From Guillardia theta CCMP2712 (Eukaryota; Protista; Cryptophyta), in assembly GCF_000315625.1 (NCBI RefSeq), contig NW_005434662.1, positions 767,479 to 831,478 of the forward strand: a DNA stretch of 64,000 nt, written 5' to 3'. The translations under genes were made by a program, and so were the position numbers. The notes below the pieces were generated by a model that saw only the letters and a program-made list of their open reading frames with translations, ran no database searches and had not been told where the DNA came from. Of the stretch, positions 38,320 through 51,600 are shown one piece after another (position 1 is the first letter of the stretch; every line of letters begins with the position of its first letter).

Positions 38320-39447
38320 AAGACACGACCAAATCGACAACAGCGACACAGATTCAACTCCTGCCACTCCAAATCGCAAGGTGAAAAGATCTCTTCTTGA
38401 AGAATTCGACTTTGAAGCAAACCAACTTGCCACTCTAAGAACACCACCAAGACAACAACAGAATACATCAACGTTCTCCAATCTACAAACCTCCAGTCAC
38501 AGCCATGGTCACAGTCTCCGTCAAAGCCACAGACTCGGAAGATGAAGAACAACACGCATTCATCACCCGTTGCGCAATCTCGGATATGAAGTTCAACACT
38601 ATCCCAAACCTCTCCAGATCATTGGACAAGCTGTTCCCAACCGTTGAAGAGTCAGCAAAATCATCTTCAGCCTCCCCCGGGCCCCCTCCACAAACAACAC
38701 GATCTGTACTCCAGAAACATCATCGAGCGAGCCATCAGAAAACAAGCAGATCTCTTTGTTCAACAGCTCCTCGATTTACCAACTGATTCAGACCTGGATG
38801 GATTGTACAAGATCAACAGAACCGAAGTACTGAGATTACAACCTCTACACAAGCGACCCGGGAAAACGTCTTGGTGATGTCATACCGGTGGCAACCGATG
38901 TGTTGAACTCATCATGGGACTCGATATCACTCCATCGGACTATCAACAAATTCAAAGCCCCAACACAACCCTCAACCCATTCAACCCGGTTTGGTCATCG
39001 ATACCACAGCTCTCTACAACAGGCTTCAGACACACATCGATACTCCAACCGCATACGACGGATTCCTCGCAGAGAAGCTCAACCTTGTCGTCCCAGCAAA
39101 GGCCGTATTGGACTATATCATCATTGGACAACTCCACATTCAGACCTTCACAGCTCTCGCAGGAATCTTCCTCGCATTCCTTAGTGATTTGCCATCACAG
39201 AACATCTACAACGCCGACAAACGCACCTTTACCTCATCATGGGCCGAAGTATACAACTTCCAGCAAATCTACAGATCCCACCTCACAACAACTCTCTACA
39301 TCATCATCAAGACCTTCCTCATCGATCCGCAGAATACCACAGATATCGACTTTGACTTCCCATATAAGCGTCACTTCCGAGTTCAATTCCGATTCCGATA
39401 CAGGTCTCGATGTCGACTCTGACTCTGACTCCGACTCCGACGCGTAA
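38320..39447 (+). pseudogene. Frameshifted, intronless, A/C-skewed coding remnant (mobile element or virus derived?)
   Basis: Protein-like segments alternate between frames and end ...DSDSDSDA*; composition unlike neighbouring host genes. Confidence 0.4.
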
Positions 39448-40763
39448 AACTTAGAACATCGCGTAAAACTTTAGCCTTCTCCTAATTGACTATATATCAA
39501 AATACATTACTACAAACTCAAAACTTTCATGGCAACATCACTGAACATTACACAACATCGTGACAAACACAAATCATTCAAACACAACAGACTTTGTCAA
39601 ACTTCAGAAACACTTTCCATTCAACCTTGGACGAAATCTCATTCGACTACTTCACCCTAAACCTTAAAATCAACACTGACCTAAACTCTCTCATACTGAC
39701 TCAGTGAGTCAACGCGATACTTTGCTCAAACTTTCGCCAGAAGAATAAAACTTTTAATCCTGAGGCGGACCCACAAAATACCCCTGAGCCTTGATGGACC
39801 CTTGGCCTTAACTGAACCCTTCCACACTAGCCGTTGCACCATAGACCCCCTTGGCCCCACTCTCTATCCCCTTCGACCCCTAGTAGAAGGGACCTTGAAA
39901 AATTCTGGACCCCCGGGGGGGGGGGTTATTTTGGTACCATATGTCCCCTAGGTGAACAAGGTTGGTCTTAACCACCCCATTCAGCAATCTTCTTTTCCGG
40001 TACACACACACCCCTTCTAAAGATATAAGAAGGAGGGGTGAATTTTACACCTACCCATTCTTTATCCAACCACTACCCGCTTATTTCATGACCACCACCC
40101 TCCATTTTACTGTTACCTTACCCCTGGTCCATTGCCTGAATGTCGCTTTTGGGACTCCTCTGGTTTCAGCGTTGCAGGGGAAGAGGTGGAGAGAGGAGGA
40201 GAGGAGAGGGCGGAGGGATGGGAGAGAGAGGAGGTATCAAGGAAAGAGCCAATGACACCAGCGTGGAGTCATAGCGGGTGAATGGTAGAAAGACACTTGT
40301 GCAGAACAGCACAGCAAGGATGGAGCACTTGGAAAGTTGAGTACAAGTTGACGAGAAATTGAGGCAAGGCAGGGTAAGCTGGGGGGTTTGACAGAGACAG
40401 AGAAGTCAGAAAATTCATTAGAATAAACTGTGAGAAATGAGTTGCGCAAGATTAGAGAAGCAGAGGCGTCATCAGATAAGACCAAATGGAAAACAATTGT
40501 ATAGAATTTGAGCACTTGCAAACTCGTTCTACGATGATGCATCGGAAGACAATATCATTCTAGAAGAGAGCTTTGTGCCTTTGCATTCCTACTCTTTTTG
40601 GAGGGTTGTGGAGCAGCAGATGTAAAAAGATGGTTTTGTGTCAGTATGGAGGTGGGTAGTTGTTTACCGTAAACGGAAAGGAAGGCTAAAGTGAGGAAGC
40701 GAATCTTTGCATGTGTTTGATCCAATTCTTCTGGTATCTCTTCTCTTGACTCATGCTGTGCTA

Positions 40764-41005
40764 GCAGGAACAAGAGGTCGCCCATCCCATCAGCGTGCAG
40801 CATGTTCTCCCTTCTCATGTCCACCTTCAGCATGTGCTCAGCCTCTGCTTCCGCTGGAAGCGCTGCGAGCCTGGTTCCTGCCTTGTGTTACGATGCTCAG
40901 GGATGCTGCGACACAAACGAGGTGCAGGCAGTGAGAGAGAGCGTTGCCAAGTGCGTCAGCACCGACCAGATGGACGCAACAGCAACCAATACATGCTCCG
41001 GCTGA
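40764..41005 (+). CDS. Possible terminal exon of a small Cys-rich protein
   Basis: ...ALCYDAQGCCDTNEVQAVRESVAKCVSTDQMDATATNTCSG*; upstream exons not resolved. Confidence 0.3.
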
Positions 41006-41196
41006 TCCTCTTCATACCTGTTTCAACTACTCATACATCGTTTCGACAGCAATTTGTTTCGCTCTCAGTCGAATAAAAGTCTTTCTCACACTGATTATAT
41101 ATCAGTGGCTCCCTCTCACGTTAGATGCTCAACGCGTCAAGCACGGTCGTTACAGTGTTTGTTCAAAGTGTCGCACGGTATGCAGCTTTCAACGTA

Positions 41197-43378
41197 CTAC
41201 AGCAGGGCCTCCAGTTCTGCCACCCCCTCGCTCAGCACGAGGGAAGCACCAGCCTCAATCAGGATGGGACGGTCCGCGTCTCTGCTGTGACCGGGAGCCA
41301 CAGTTCCGATAGCCTGTGCAGACGCTGAGAAGAGGCTCGATTGACATAAAAACTCTCACCTTAATCCCAGCAGCAACGGCAGCTCGGCAGTCATCGACAG
41401 TGTCTCCGAACCTGAGACACTCTTACAGTCGTCCCACACAGCTCCAGAGCTCTTACATCAGCGCTGTGGTGCAGCCAAGATCCGCAAGAACCTTCTTCAC
41501 AGGCGCAGGGTCTGGTTTGATCTGACGTCCAGTCAGATCCCTTCCGCCGTCTCTCACTTGCTTCCTACCCCATCCTCCATACAACCGCAATGCTGGAAGA
41601 TGTGTGCAATCCCCATAGTTTGCAGCGCATATTCGCAATCTGACTTTGGCCTTCCCGTCACTATCCCCATCTTGTACTGAGAGGAAATCACTATGCTGCC
41701 GGGAGTGAATTATGTTGTAGGTCACCTTTTTCGACAACTCTTCCAACACCTTCAAAGATGGCAAGAGAGTTTCCAACTTCTTCAATCCTGCCGACAGAGA
41801 TCACGACAACTGTCGCTCTTTCGGTATCAACAAGCACCAGGAGATGTTGGGGTGCCCTGGTAGAGAAGCTCGAACTCCTTCGTCACCTGATCGAGGCACG
41901 TCAGCAACCGCAACAGAGCTGATAACTTCTTGTGGACAAGGGTGAACGATAATTACCTCTTCCAGTGTCGGGGAGGACCCGTCAGTCTTCTTGTGAGCGT
42001 GAATGAGGTCGTAAGTAAGTTTCCAGTCGTTGTTTGCTCCTCCTCTTGCCTGCACATCGTCTCAGCCTGAACCCAGCCATCCATGACTCTTCACCTTCGC
42101 AGCTCCAATATCCTGGTGCGTTATGTTCGCTCCGAAGTGGGCAGCGGTCTTCAGAATAGCTTCTCTGTAGGAGCCCGAGACGTCGACGAGCACACCGTCC
42201 ATATCCCACAGCAAGCATTCGACATCCTTGTGCTTCCTGAGTTCCTCACAGGCTCCTGCATCGAATCGATCCTTCTCGAAGGAGCGGAGAGCTTCGAAAA
42301 GTCTCTCGGTGTCTTCAGGGCGTCCAGCGGAGATACGGATGTTGTTCTGCAGTTGACCTCCTTGCGTTCCAAAGTATCTGGTCAACACCCCCTTCTTGCG
42401 GAGGTACTTGTTCATGCCAGCAGCATTCACGCCCTTCACGTCGCAGAGCACGAAGTTTGAGTGCGTCGGGTACGGGCTGAGGAACTTGTAGGCCTTGAGG
42501 AACTCTATCGTTCTCTCCCGCTCATTCAGCAGTGAACGAACCGTCACGAGGATTTTCTCCCTATGCTTCAGCGCAGCCCTCGCCATGGCCTCAGCAGCAA
42601 CATTGACGTTGTATGGCTGCTTGATTGCCAGCATTCGCTCAATGAAATCGGGGTGACCGATAGCGTATCCCACGCGGATCCCAGCAAGACCAGCCCATTT
42701 CGAGAAGGTTCTGCAGAGAATGAGGTTAGGGAACTCGTCAAGCAGCTCCTCAGCGGAGACGCCAGCGAAGTCTGAGTAGGCTTCATCGATCACGACAAGG
42801 CAGTCTTCCTGGCAAATGACCCTGATGTCTTCGTTGGGAAGAATCGTCCCCGTAGGATTGTTGGGGCTTGGCAGCATCACGAGCTTGCACTTTGTTTCGC
42901 GGATGGCCTTGACCACGGCAGGCACATCGACTTGAAAGTTTTCTTTTCTGGGGACTTCGATGATGTTGATGCGCATGATGGTGCCCAGAAACTTGTACAT
43001 GCCGAACGTCGGGGGACAGATGATGCAAGAGTCAGTGTCCACGAGCCTCATGATAATGTCCAGAATGTCATCAGAGCCGCTTCCTGCCACCACACGATCG
43101 GGAGAGATTCCATGCATGGCTGCGATATCCGCCCTCAGGTTAGTCTGGGAGGGATCGGGGTAGATCTGCGCTGAGCAGCCGCTGGAGAAGGACGTGAGGG
43201 CAGAGGTCAGCGCCTCCATCATCTCAGTGGGGACCGGATGGAGGTTCTCGTTGGCATCGAGCTTGGCGATCTGGTGAGGAGGGATACCGATCTCGGCTGA
43301 GATGACGTCCAGGGGTCGGACAGGCGAGTAGGAGACGCGTGCAAGGTCCTCCCGCACGAACTTCAGAGGCCGCGCCAT
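41197..43378 (-). CDS. hisC: Histidinol-phosphate aminotransferase fused to a C-terminal HAD phosphatase (putative histidinol-phosphatase)
   Basis: KLDANEN, SPNNPTG, VIDEAY, RTFSKWAGLAGIRVGY. Then HAD motifs WDMDGVLVD, IVTGRP, IKPDP, FGDTVDD across short exons, ending ...ELEALL* at 41197. Confidence 0.9.
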
Positions 43379-44391
43379 AATGCCGGAGGAAGTTGGGGAA
43401 ACAGGGTGTCGGGTACCACCGGTGGTATACAGAACCCCATCTGAAAAGGTACCCCTTTACAGTAAAAGATGGACTCAGCTGGTACGTTCAGAAACCCTAT
43501 ATTTGCACGGAAAGGCAAAGTACCCCACCCCCTCTGAAAAGCTCCAGTAAAACGCAAGCATTGTACCACCCCCATTCACGGATTCCTCCCCACCCCTACC
43601 CCCTCAGTTCTGGCAGCAGACAGCTACTTTAGGAGCATGCGCTAGCTTGCCATTTATATTACCAAGCACGACATGCCTGCCATCTAAAATACCACTCGGG
43701 CCCGCCCCAACTGGACAAGGTGGAGCCCGTTACATATCCGTTTTGGAGACGGTTACGTATCCCTGCGAAATGGCGTCAACGCCGCGGTGGCAGAGGATAG
43801 GGAGGGGAAGAGACGAGATATGGCGACGAAGAGAAAGTGACAGGTGGAGGAGGAGTGAAAGAGAAGGAAAGAGTGATCGAAGAGGACGAGAAGGAAGAGT
43901 CACCTGTGGATGTACACATGGCAGGAGCCGCAAGCCTGATTCGAGCGTTCAGCTGCATTTGCAGATATAGCTGTGCTGTAAGGGGAGGGCAAAGGTTAGG
44001 GAGCAGAAGACGACAAATTCTAGAATTGAAGAACCAAGCTAAGATGGTAACAGGAGAGGATGTTGGATCAAGTTTGTTGTTTGATCATGCTGCAACGATT
44101 TCCACACAACACACAAGACCAAACGTTTTCGGAGAGGACAAGGAGCAGCCGCCATAAAGCGCGTTGCTGATGTTCATGAACTGTTTTAAATGTCGAGTGC
44201 TTGAGAGAGATAGAAAAATGTTGTTCATCAGAGCAAGGCAAAAAGGCCACCACACTTCGGTAGGAGTGAGCTGTAACCTGGGATACATTCAGAAATCTGG
44301 CGTTGAGAGGATATGATGCAAGGCTCAAAGACATTGATCGGTCATGCCAAACAATCTGCTGACATGCCTTGCAGGTATCTGATTTCCCGCC

Positions 44392-47300
44392 ATGGGTATC
44401 CCCAAATTCTTCCGCTGGCTGTCAGAGCGATATCCGCTCATCAACCAGGACATTAAGGCTGGTACAATATTTCCTGAGTTTGATAATCTCTACTTGGACA
44501 TGAACGGGATCATTCATCCATGTACGCACGGAAACGACGGCGAAGTGGTGAGGATGACGGAGAACGACATGTTCGTGGCCATAGGAAAGTTTGTGGATGA
44601 GCTCATGAAGGTGGTGAGGCCACAGAGATTGCTGTTTCTTGCTGTAGATGGCTGTGCTCCTCGCGCAAAGATGAACCAACAAAGGCAGAGAAGGTTTCGT
44701 GCTGCGTCTGAACTGTCAAAGTCACTTATGAATGCAAGAGAACGAGGGGAAGAAATTCCGCAGGATCCTTTCGACTCGAATTGCATTACGCCAGGAACAC
44801 AATTTATGGCCCGTCTGACAAACTTCCTCAACTATTTCATTCAGTCAAAGATCAAGGACGACCCGATATGGGCCAAAGCAAAGATTATTCTGTCTGGAGC
44901 TGAAGTGCCTGGTGAAGGTGAACATAAGATTATGGAATACATCCGTCGAGAGAAAAGTCAAGAAAGTTGGCCTTCAAACCTTCGTCACTGTATTTTCGGG
45001 AATGATGCCGACTTGATTATGCTCTCTCTCGCGACTCACGAGCCGCACTTTGCGCTCTTAAGGGAAACATATGATGTCAGGCCGCCAAGACGGAACAAAG
45101 ATGGCACTACCAACAGGCCCAACAAGGCGGAGATAGAGGAGAAGAACCGATCCAAAGGTTTTCAGCTCCTTCATATTGGAATCCTGCGTGATTATCTCTG
45201 GTTGGATTTTCAAGATGTGGCTCCGGTGTTTGCTGACAAGGGGGGATTGAACTTGGAACGTATTGTAGATGATTTCGTGTTGATTTGCTATCTCATTGGC
45301 AATGACTTCTTGCCGCATCTTCCGTTCTTAGACATTCTCACGGGGGCTCTTAATGATTTGGTACAAATTTACAAAGAGCTGCTCCCAGTCTGGGGCGACT
45401 ACCTGACCATTTGTGGTGAAATTGATCTGCCGCGGCTGGGAATGCTCTTTCCCAAAGTGGCTGATATTGAACGAAGGGTGTTGAAACAACAGCTTGAAGA
45501 CTCGAAGGGCGATTCCTCGTTTGGTGGGGGAGAGTTTGACGCAGCGGCATTTCAGGAATATAAGGAAGCCTACTACATGAGGAAATTTGGATTGCGTTCA
45601 AATGACGTGGAAGGACACAAAGCTTTGCGGCAACATTACATTGAGGGGATTATGTGGTGCTACAGTTACTATTACAATGGATGCATCTCATGGGGGTGGT
45701 TTTATCCGTATCATCATACACCTTTCGCTTCAGACTTGATTGAACTCGAAGAGATGGAGATATCATTCGATTTGGGAAAGCCTTTCAAACCCTTTCAACA
45801 GCTTCTTGGTGTCCTACCCATTGCTAGTCGCAAATTGCTCCCTGATGCGTACGCTTGTCTCATGGACAGCGCAGTTTCCCCGTTGAATCGAGCAGGTTTC
45901 TACCCTTTGGACTTCGAGGTGGACATGGAGGGGAAGAAATTTGAGTGGGAGGGGATTGCTGTCATTCCCTTCATCGATGCTGATCTGCTTGTGACCGAGC
46001 ACGACAAAGTTTCAGAGGTTCTACTCTCTGATGAGGAAAAGAAACGAAACTGCTTTGGCTACAACAAGTTGTATGAGTATGATGAAAGCGTCTTGGATCA
46101 ACTCCCTTCTCCCATTCCCAACTTGCCAGATCTCATTCCAACATGCTGTCGGATTTCTCAGTACAATTGGCCAGAATTTGCCATTGAGAGAGGTGGACGA
46201 TTCTTGCCAGTCCTTTGCGACGGCGTGAAGGTCGGTAAAGACAGTGAGGCTGGATTCCCATCACTCTTTTCTTGTCCACATAAATTTCACCACGAGATTA
46301 TGAATGCGAAAGTTAACATTTTCGGGAGGCCGAGCAGTCGAGACTCAGTTGTCATCGTCTTCGATGAGATTCCACAGAGATCCGCAACGGAGTTCCAGGA
46401 TCTGATTGGCAGCGAGTTTCTCGTTGGGTGGCCTTACCTTACTGATTGTTCCATTCGCTCTGTGTCTGATAGCAACTGGACCATCAAAGGCCCTCATGGA
46501 AACGTGAATATCAGGAAGAAACCGGAGGAGACCTCGTGGAAGTTTTCAAGGGATTCGGAGTTACACCGCAGTAATATTTTGACGAAGAAGGGCATAGACG
46601 TGGGGCCGATCGATGTTGTGCTGGATGTAGCATTTATCAATGGAAAGGTGCTGTCACCCCATGGGAAAATCATGAAGAGGTTTGAAGAAAAGTCGTCAGA
46701 AATTCCATGGCAGCTTTCGTCAACCTGTGCACCGGAACTCCAGAAGAAGCTTGAAGACAGTCAAAAAGACTTCAAGTCGACCTACCCTATCGGCTCCAAA
46801 GTCATTTGCCTACGCAAACCGCTCCGTGGTGAAGTATGCACTGTCAAGGATAACGCCAACGGCAGTTTGCTCGTTGAACTGACTGTCACTCCAAGCGTAA
46901 GAAATGCTGCTTTATTCATATAAATATTGGCTGACTTGCTTTGCAGGTGAAATATGAAGAGCAATTCTTTGGAGAAAGATTGTTGGCTGATGATGATATG
47001 GCTTGGTTTGACATCCAGCAAGTTTCGAGGGCATTACGCATCTCAGGTCTGGTCATGTCCAGAATCACCAGTTCGCTGAGAATGAAAGGAGGAGATGATG
47101 TAGGGCTGAACATCAAATTTGACAAGAAGAATTTTTGCATGCCAGGCTACGCAAGGAAAACGGGTACCCAATGGGAGTTGTCACAGAAAGCTTTTGATGT
47201 CATTGGCGAGTACAAAGAAAAGTTTCCACTCCTCTTTTCAGGCCTTGCTCAGGCAGACAGTGATATGCGAGAGATCGACCCGGCTAAGATTTTCAAAGAC

Positions 47301-48646
47301 GCAGAAGATCCTTCGTCGTACCTCACGCAGATCAAGAAGTGGATCAAGAGCAAAGAGATCGCAAGACTCCCCCTGATCTCGGCGAGTGTAGTCGCATGTG
47401 GCACTCACATCATCGAGAAGATAGAAGTCTGTGCAGATGCACTTATTGAGATGGTCAAGAAAGCTGTCAAAGTCACGAAGAAGGAAAACTTGAGACCTGC
47501 AGATGTCATCTTGCCGCGACATGATGTCGTCCCAGCGGCTGTCTCCAGCGATCTTCAGCAGCTGGAAGCTGGTGACCGAGTGGTGAACGTGCTGGCAGGA
47601 GGTCCGATCCCTCTCGGAGCGAAAGGGACGGTCGTCTGTGTCGAATCTTCATTCGTCGACGTTGTCTTTGACCACAAGGTCGTGTCACTCAACACGCTCG
47701 GGGGGAGGTGCTCGGAGTTCAGGGGCTACAGAATGAACGCGGAGAGCGTCTTGTGCCTGAGCGACCGATCGAGGAACAAGCACAAGCTGTCGACGGAAGC
47801 CAGTTGGAAGAATAGCATCCTTGGGAACAACAAGTTCCACGAGTCCAATCAAGCGCCGAGGCAGCACGTGAACAGGAACGCCGTTCGCAGTGCTCCTGCT
47901 CCTAACCCTCATGCTGGCAACGGTGTCAAGATCCTTCAGCACCAGGTCAACGGGCAGAGTCGCGAGGTGTTTCAAGACAGCGCCATCATTGCCGCGGGAT
48001 CGGCTCATCATCATGCTCCGGTCTTCCCGCAGGATCCGGCGGTCATCAGCGCGACCCCAATGATTCCTCGTCCTCTAGCTCCTGCTCCTGGTCCTGCTCA
48101 GGGTCAAAACGACTTCGCGGGACTACATCGAATGCTCGGGCGCATGAACATCTCGACGTCACTTCCACATGAAGGCCATGCAGGTGAGAGGAGGGTGTCG
48201 AAGCTCCATGCTCGCTGACCGACCTGTAGCTCGGATGGGACACCACCCTCCTCCTCCTTCCATGCCGTTCGACAGTGCGATCATAGCCACAGGCTCTGTT
48301 TCCATCGGAGCTCCCGTTAGCGCTCCTCCTCCTCATACCCCTCAGCCCATGTCAAGAGCAGGTGAGATCCTAAATTCTCCCTCTGTTGTTCTCATCTCCT
48401 CCTCCAGCTGCTCGCGCTGCCTACTACTCGCAAGGGCGCGGAGGGCAGCACATGCCCATGGCGGAGAGGGGAGGCTACGGCGCGATGCCTCACGCGCCTC
48501 CTGCCGACATGTCGCATGCTCGAGGCCGCGGTCATCACAACTCGACGCCACGGGAGGGACAAGCGGATCGAGGGATGCCGCGGGGACGAGGAGGATACCG
48601 AGGACAGCGGGGGCGGGGGCGGGGGCGGGGGCGGGGGCACGCTTGA
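44392..48646 (+). CDS. XRN1: 5'-3' exoribonuclease 1
   Basis: MGIPKFFRWLSERYP, DNLYLDMNGIIH, AKMNQQRQRRF, PGEGEHKIM, GNDFLPHLP. Long C-terminal part with SH3-like GDRVVNV...PLGAKGTVV and RGG tail; three introns. Confidence 0.95.
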
Positions 48647-48699
48647 GAGCCTCATGCATTGACAAGTGGAAGGGCAGCGAAGAGAAGACAGTCGACGTC

Positions 48700-51600
48700 C
48701 TCGAGGGCTGAGCTGCAGCGTCAGCCACCGAGAAAGGGAGAAAGAGGAGGAGGAGACCTCTTTGCAGAACTTCAAATTTTCCGAGGATGCCTTCGTCGTT
48801 CTCGTCCTCCTGGCCGGCAGCGTGAGCTGGAGGAACAAGACAGGACCAGCTACTAGGAAAGAGCTAAAGTTGGCGCGGGCCCGGAGCTGGAGGTAGGCCT
48901 GAGGCAGCAGGTCAGCAGCAGCTGGAGGAGAGTCTTCCCTATTCGCCTCGTCCATGCGGCGTTGGAGCCTGCCGACCGCTGCGAGGAAGTCGCGGAGGGA
49001 AGAGCTGGAGGGCTGCTGGGCAGTGAGCTGAGAGAGGTGACATGCCTCCAGCACCTCGAGTCGTAGAACTCGGTGAATGAAGTCGCTGTTACTGGAGGAG
49101 GAGAAGGATTCTTGAATCTGCTTGCGCTGCTCTGCCATGAGCCGCAGGCAGCTGGAGCGTGAAAACACCTCAAGGATGGCGCCAGCTGCGACTGCCTCCT
49201 CGTAGACCTCGTAGCTCGCCGCCGTAGCCATCCGCTCGCCCATCTGCCCGTGGAAAGTTAGCTGCAGCCGAGCTGAGGGGGTTGACGCGCCTTCTGCTCA
49301 AGGTCTCCAGCTGACACCAAGGACAAAGACCCTCCAGTCCAGCTGCTCAGCCACTCGCTGATGTCCTGCCGTTTCCGTGTGAACAGAGGAGAAACAAAGG
49401 GGAGGAGGAAGAGGAGGGAGAATGGGAGGAGGTGGCGGCGGTGGTGGTGGAATTTCTTGACCTTCCTCGCGCTCCCCCCGAGCACGTGGAGCGAGACGTT
49501 CATGAGTCGAAGTTGCAACACAAGCTGGGAGGTGATGGGGTTGAGAATCTCCTCCTCTCCTCCCTCCTCCTCCTCCTTCCTCCCCGAAGGCTCCTCGTCC
49601 CCTTCCGCTCCCCCAGGAAAGCTCTTCAGATAGAAGACTAGACGGCAGGAGCCGCGCTTCCAGTCCCTCTTGTTCAGGAGCACGAGAGCCTCCCCCACGT
49701 CTTCGCATGCAGTTACCGGCACGACCGTCCCGTCTGGCATGCGCAGCTCTTGTACTGCACCACCCTCCAGGAGCAGGAGGAACCAGCACAGGGAAACAGA
49801 GGACACACGGTCTGAGAGGCGTCGGAGGAAGAGGGGGAGGAGGCTGCCGTCTCTCCAGAGCTGGTGGGTAGAATGGAGGAGGATACCAACTTCCATCTGC
49901 AACAAGTGAGCGGAAGGAGAAAGAGAACTGGTGCTTACCTCAAGTCGCCTGCTGGCTGGAGGAGGAGGGGAGGGAAAAAACCGAGGAGGAGAGTCCCACA
50001 AGTAGATTGCGTCCTCCGACTGACCTCCAGGCCTGATCTGAAGAGGTGAGAACCTGAGGTTCTGCCCGCGGAGTTTGGCAGTGATGACGTAGCTGGCTTC
50101 CTTGCTGGGGGTGAACGAGCTGGGGAAATTCTCAGCTCGAGAGGAGAAGAAGGAGACGAGGACCAAAAGAGAGCGTGGGGGAGGCGGAGGGGGAGGAGGA
50201 GGAGACTCTGTGTGCTGGAGTCTTGCGGGGAGACGTCCAGGTGAAAGTCGAGCAGGTGGGAGGATTGAAGGTCGCAGGCGCAGTTGAAGGAGGAGCGGAA
50301 GAGGATGAGGATGAAGAAGGTGGGACCGCGGGATGTGGTTCCACGAAACACCTGAGACAACAGAGAGGCGGAGAGGTTAGGAGCGGAGAAGCGAAGTGGA
50401 GCAATTGGATGCAAAGAGGAAGGGGAAGGGGAAGGGGAAGGAAGGGGGTGGGCCAGTTCACTGACCTGGAGGGTTGAAGTGTACGGGCAGACTATCTCTT
50501 GCTCAAAGAGCAGGTTGCAAGCAAGAGATCGAAGAATCTCTGAGGGGCGGGGAGCAGAGTCAGTCTCTGCCTCCCCCTCTAGCCTTCTCTTCCATCGCTC
50601 CTCCTCCTCCTCCTCCATCGCTTCCTCCTCCTCATCCTCCTTGCCCCGAGGTCCCGAGGAGAGGAGGTGTGAGCGCATGGAAGAGAGTCTCGAGCACAGG
50701 CGGCGGAACATCTTCTCTTCCTCCTCCTTGAGCCTCAGCCGATAGAAGGGAGGGCGAGAGCTGAGGAGAAACTCCAGCTGAGCTCCATCGCTCTCCTGCC
50801 TCTCCATGGTCAGCAGCGTGCGAGCGCGATGGGGCGACCAGCGCAGGAGCAAGTCGCCAACGTCTGCGTCCCCTCGCAGCTCCAGCCTCTTCCCCTCCCG
50901 CAGCTCCGGGGAGCTGCTGACATACTCCTTGGAGCGGATGGAGAGGATGAAGGAGCCGCGGGGGACGGGGAGCTGGAAGGAGCCGTCCTGCTCGTTGGGT
51001 GCGACCGCCCAGACGTCGCTGCCGCTGCGAAGCTCAACGATGACGTTGCGGAGAGGAAGCGCGCGGCGAGGGGAGGAGGAGGAAGACTCTCGGACGACTA
51101 TCCGTCCTTGCACGACTACTCGCTGAGGGATCAGAAAGACGGTGATCACCTGCGGGAGAAATAAGGATGGAGAGCGGGAAGAGAAGGAAGTAAAGGGAAG
51201 GGAGGAGGAGGAGGAAAGGTCGGCTGGAGCTTGGAGAAAGATAAAGAATGAAAATGATTGAGCCAGGAAGACGGGCAGGGCAGAGTGCAAGGATTCGAAG
51301 GATGGAGGAGGAGAGGAGAAGTAGAAGTAGAAGTCGACTACCTGACCATCGCTGAGGTCTTCTGGGATGTCAACCACTTGTTCATTATCCTGATATCCTT
51401 CACATGAAAACTTCACCCTGACAAAATGATTCATTCTCCTCTCCTCCTTCTCTCCCCTCTCTCCTCTCCCCTCTCCCCGTTCTCTCTTTCGTCCTCGCTC
51501 TCAACCTGCCATGACTCACCGGTACCTCGAGTCGACAAGGAGGACAAGATCATCCGAAATGAAGTCGTACGACCCAAGGAAGGAGCGACTTGCACCAGCC

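Noticed and set aside
13839-43378. purH and hisC as a His/purine metabolic gene cluster
   Set aside because: About 25 kb apart with many unrelated genes between; chance proximity is sufficient
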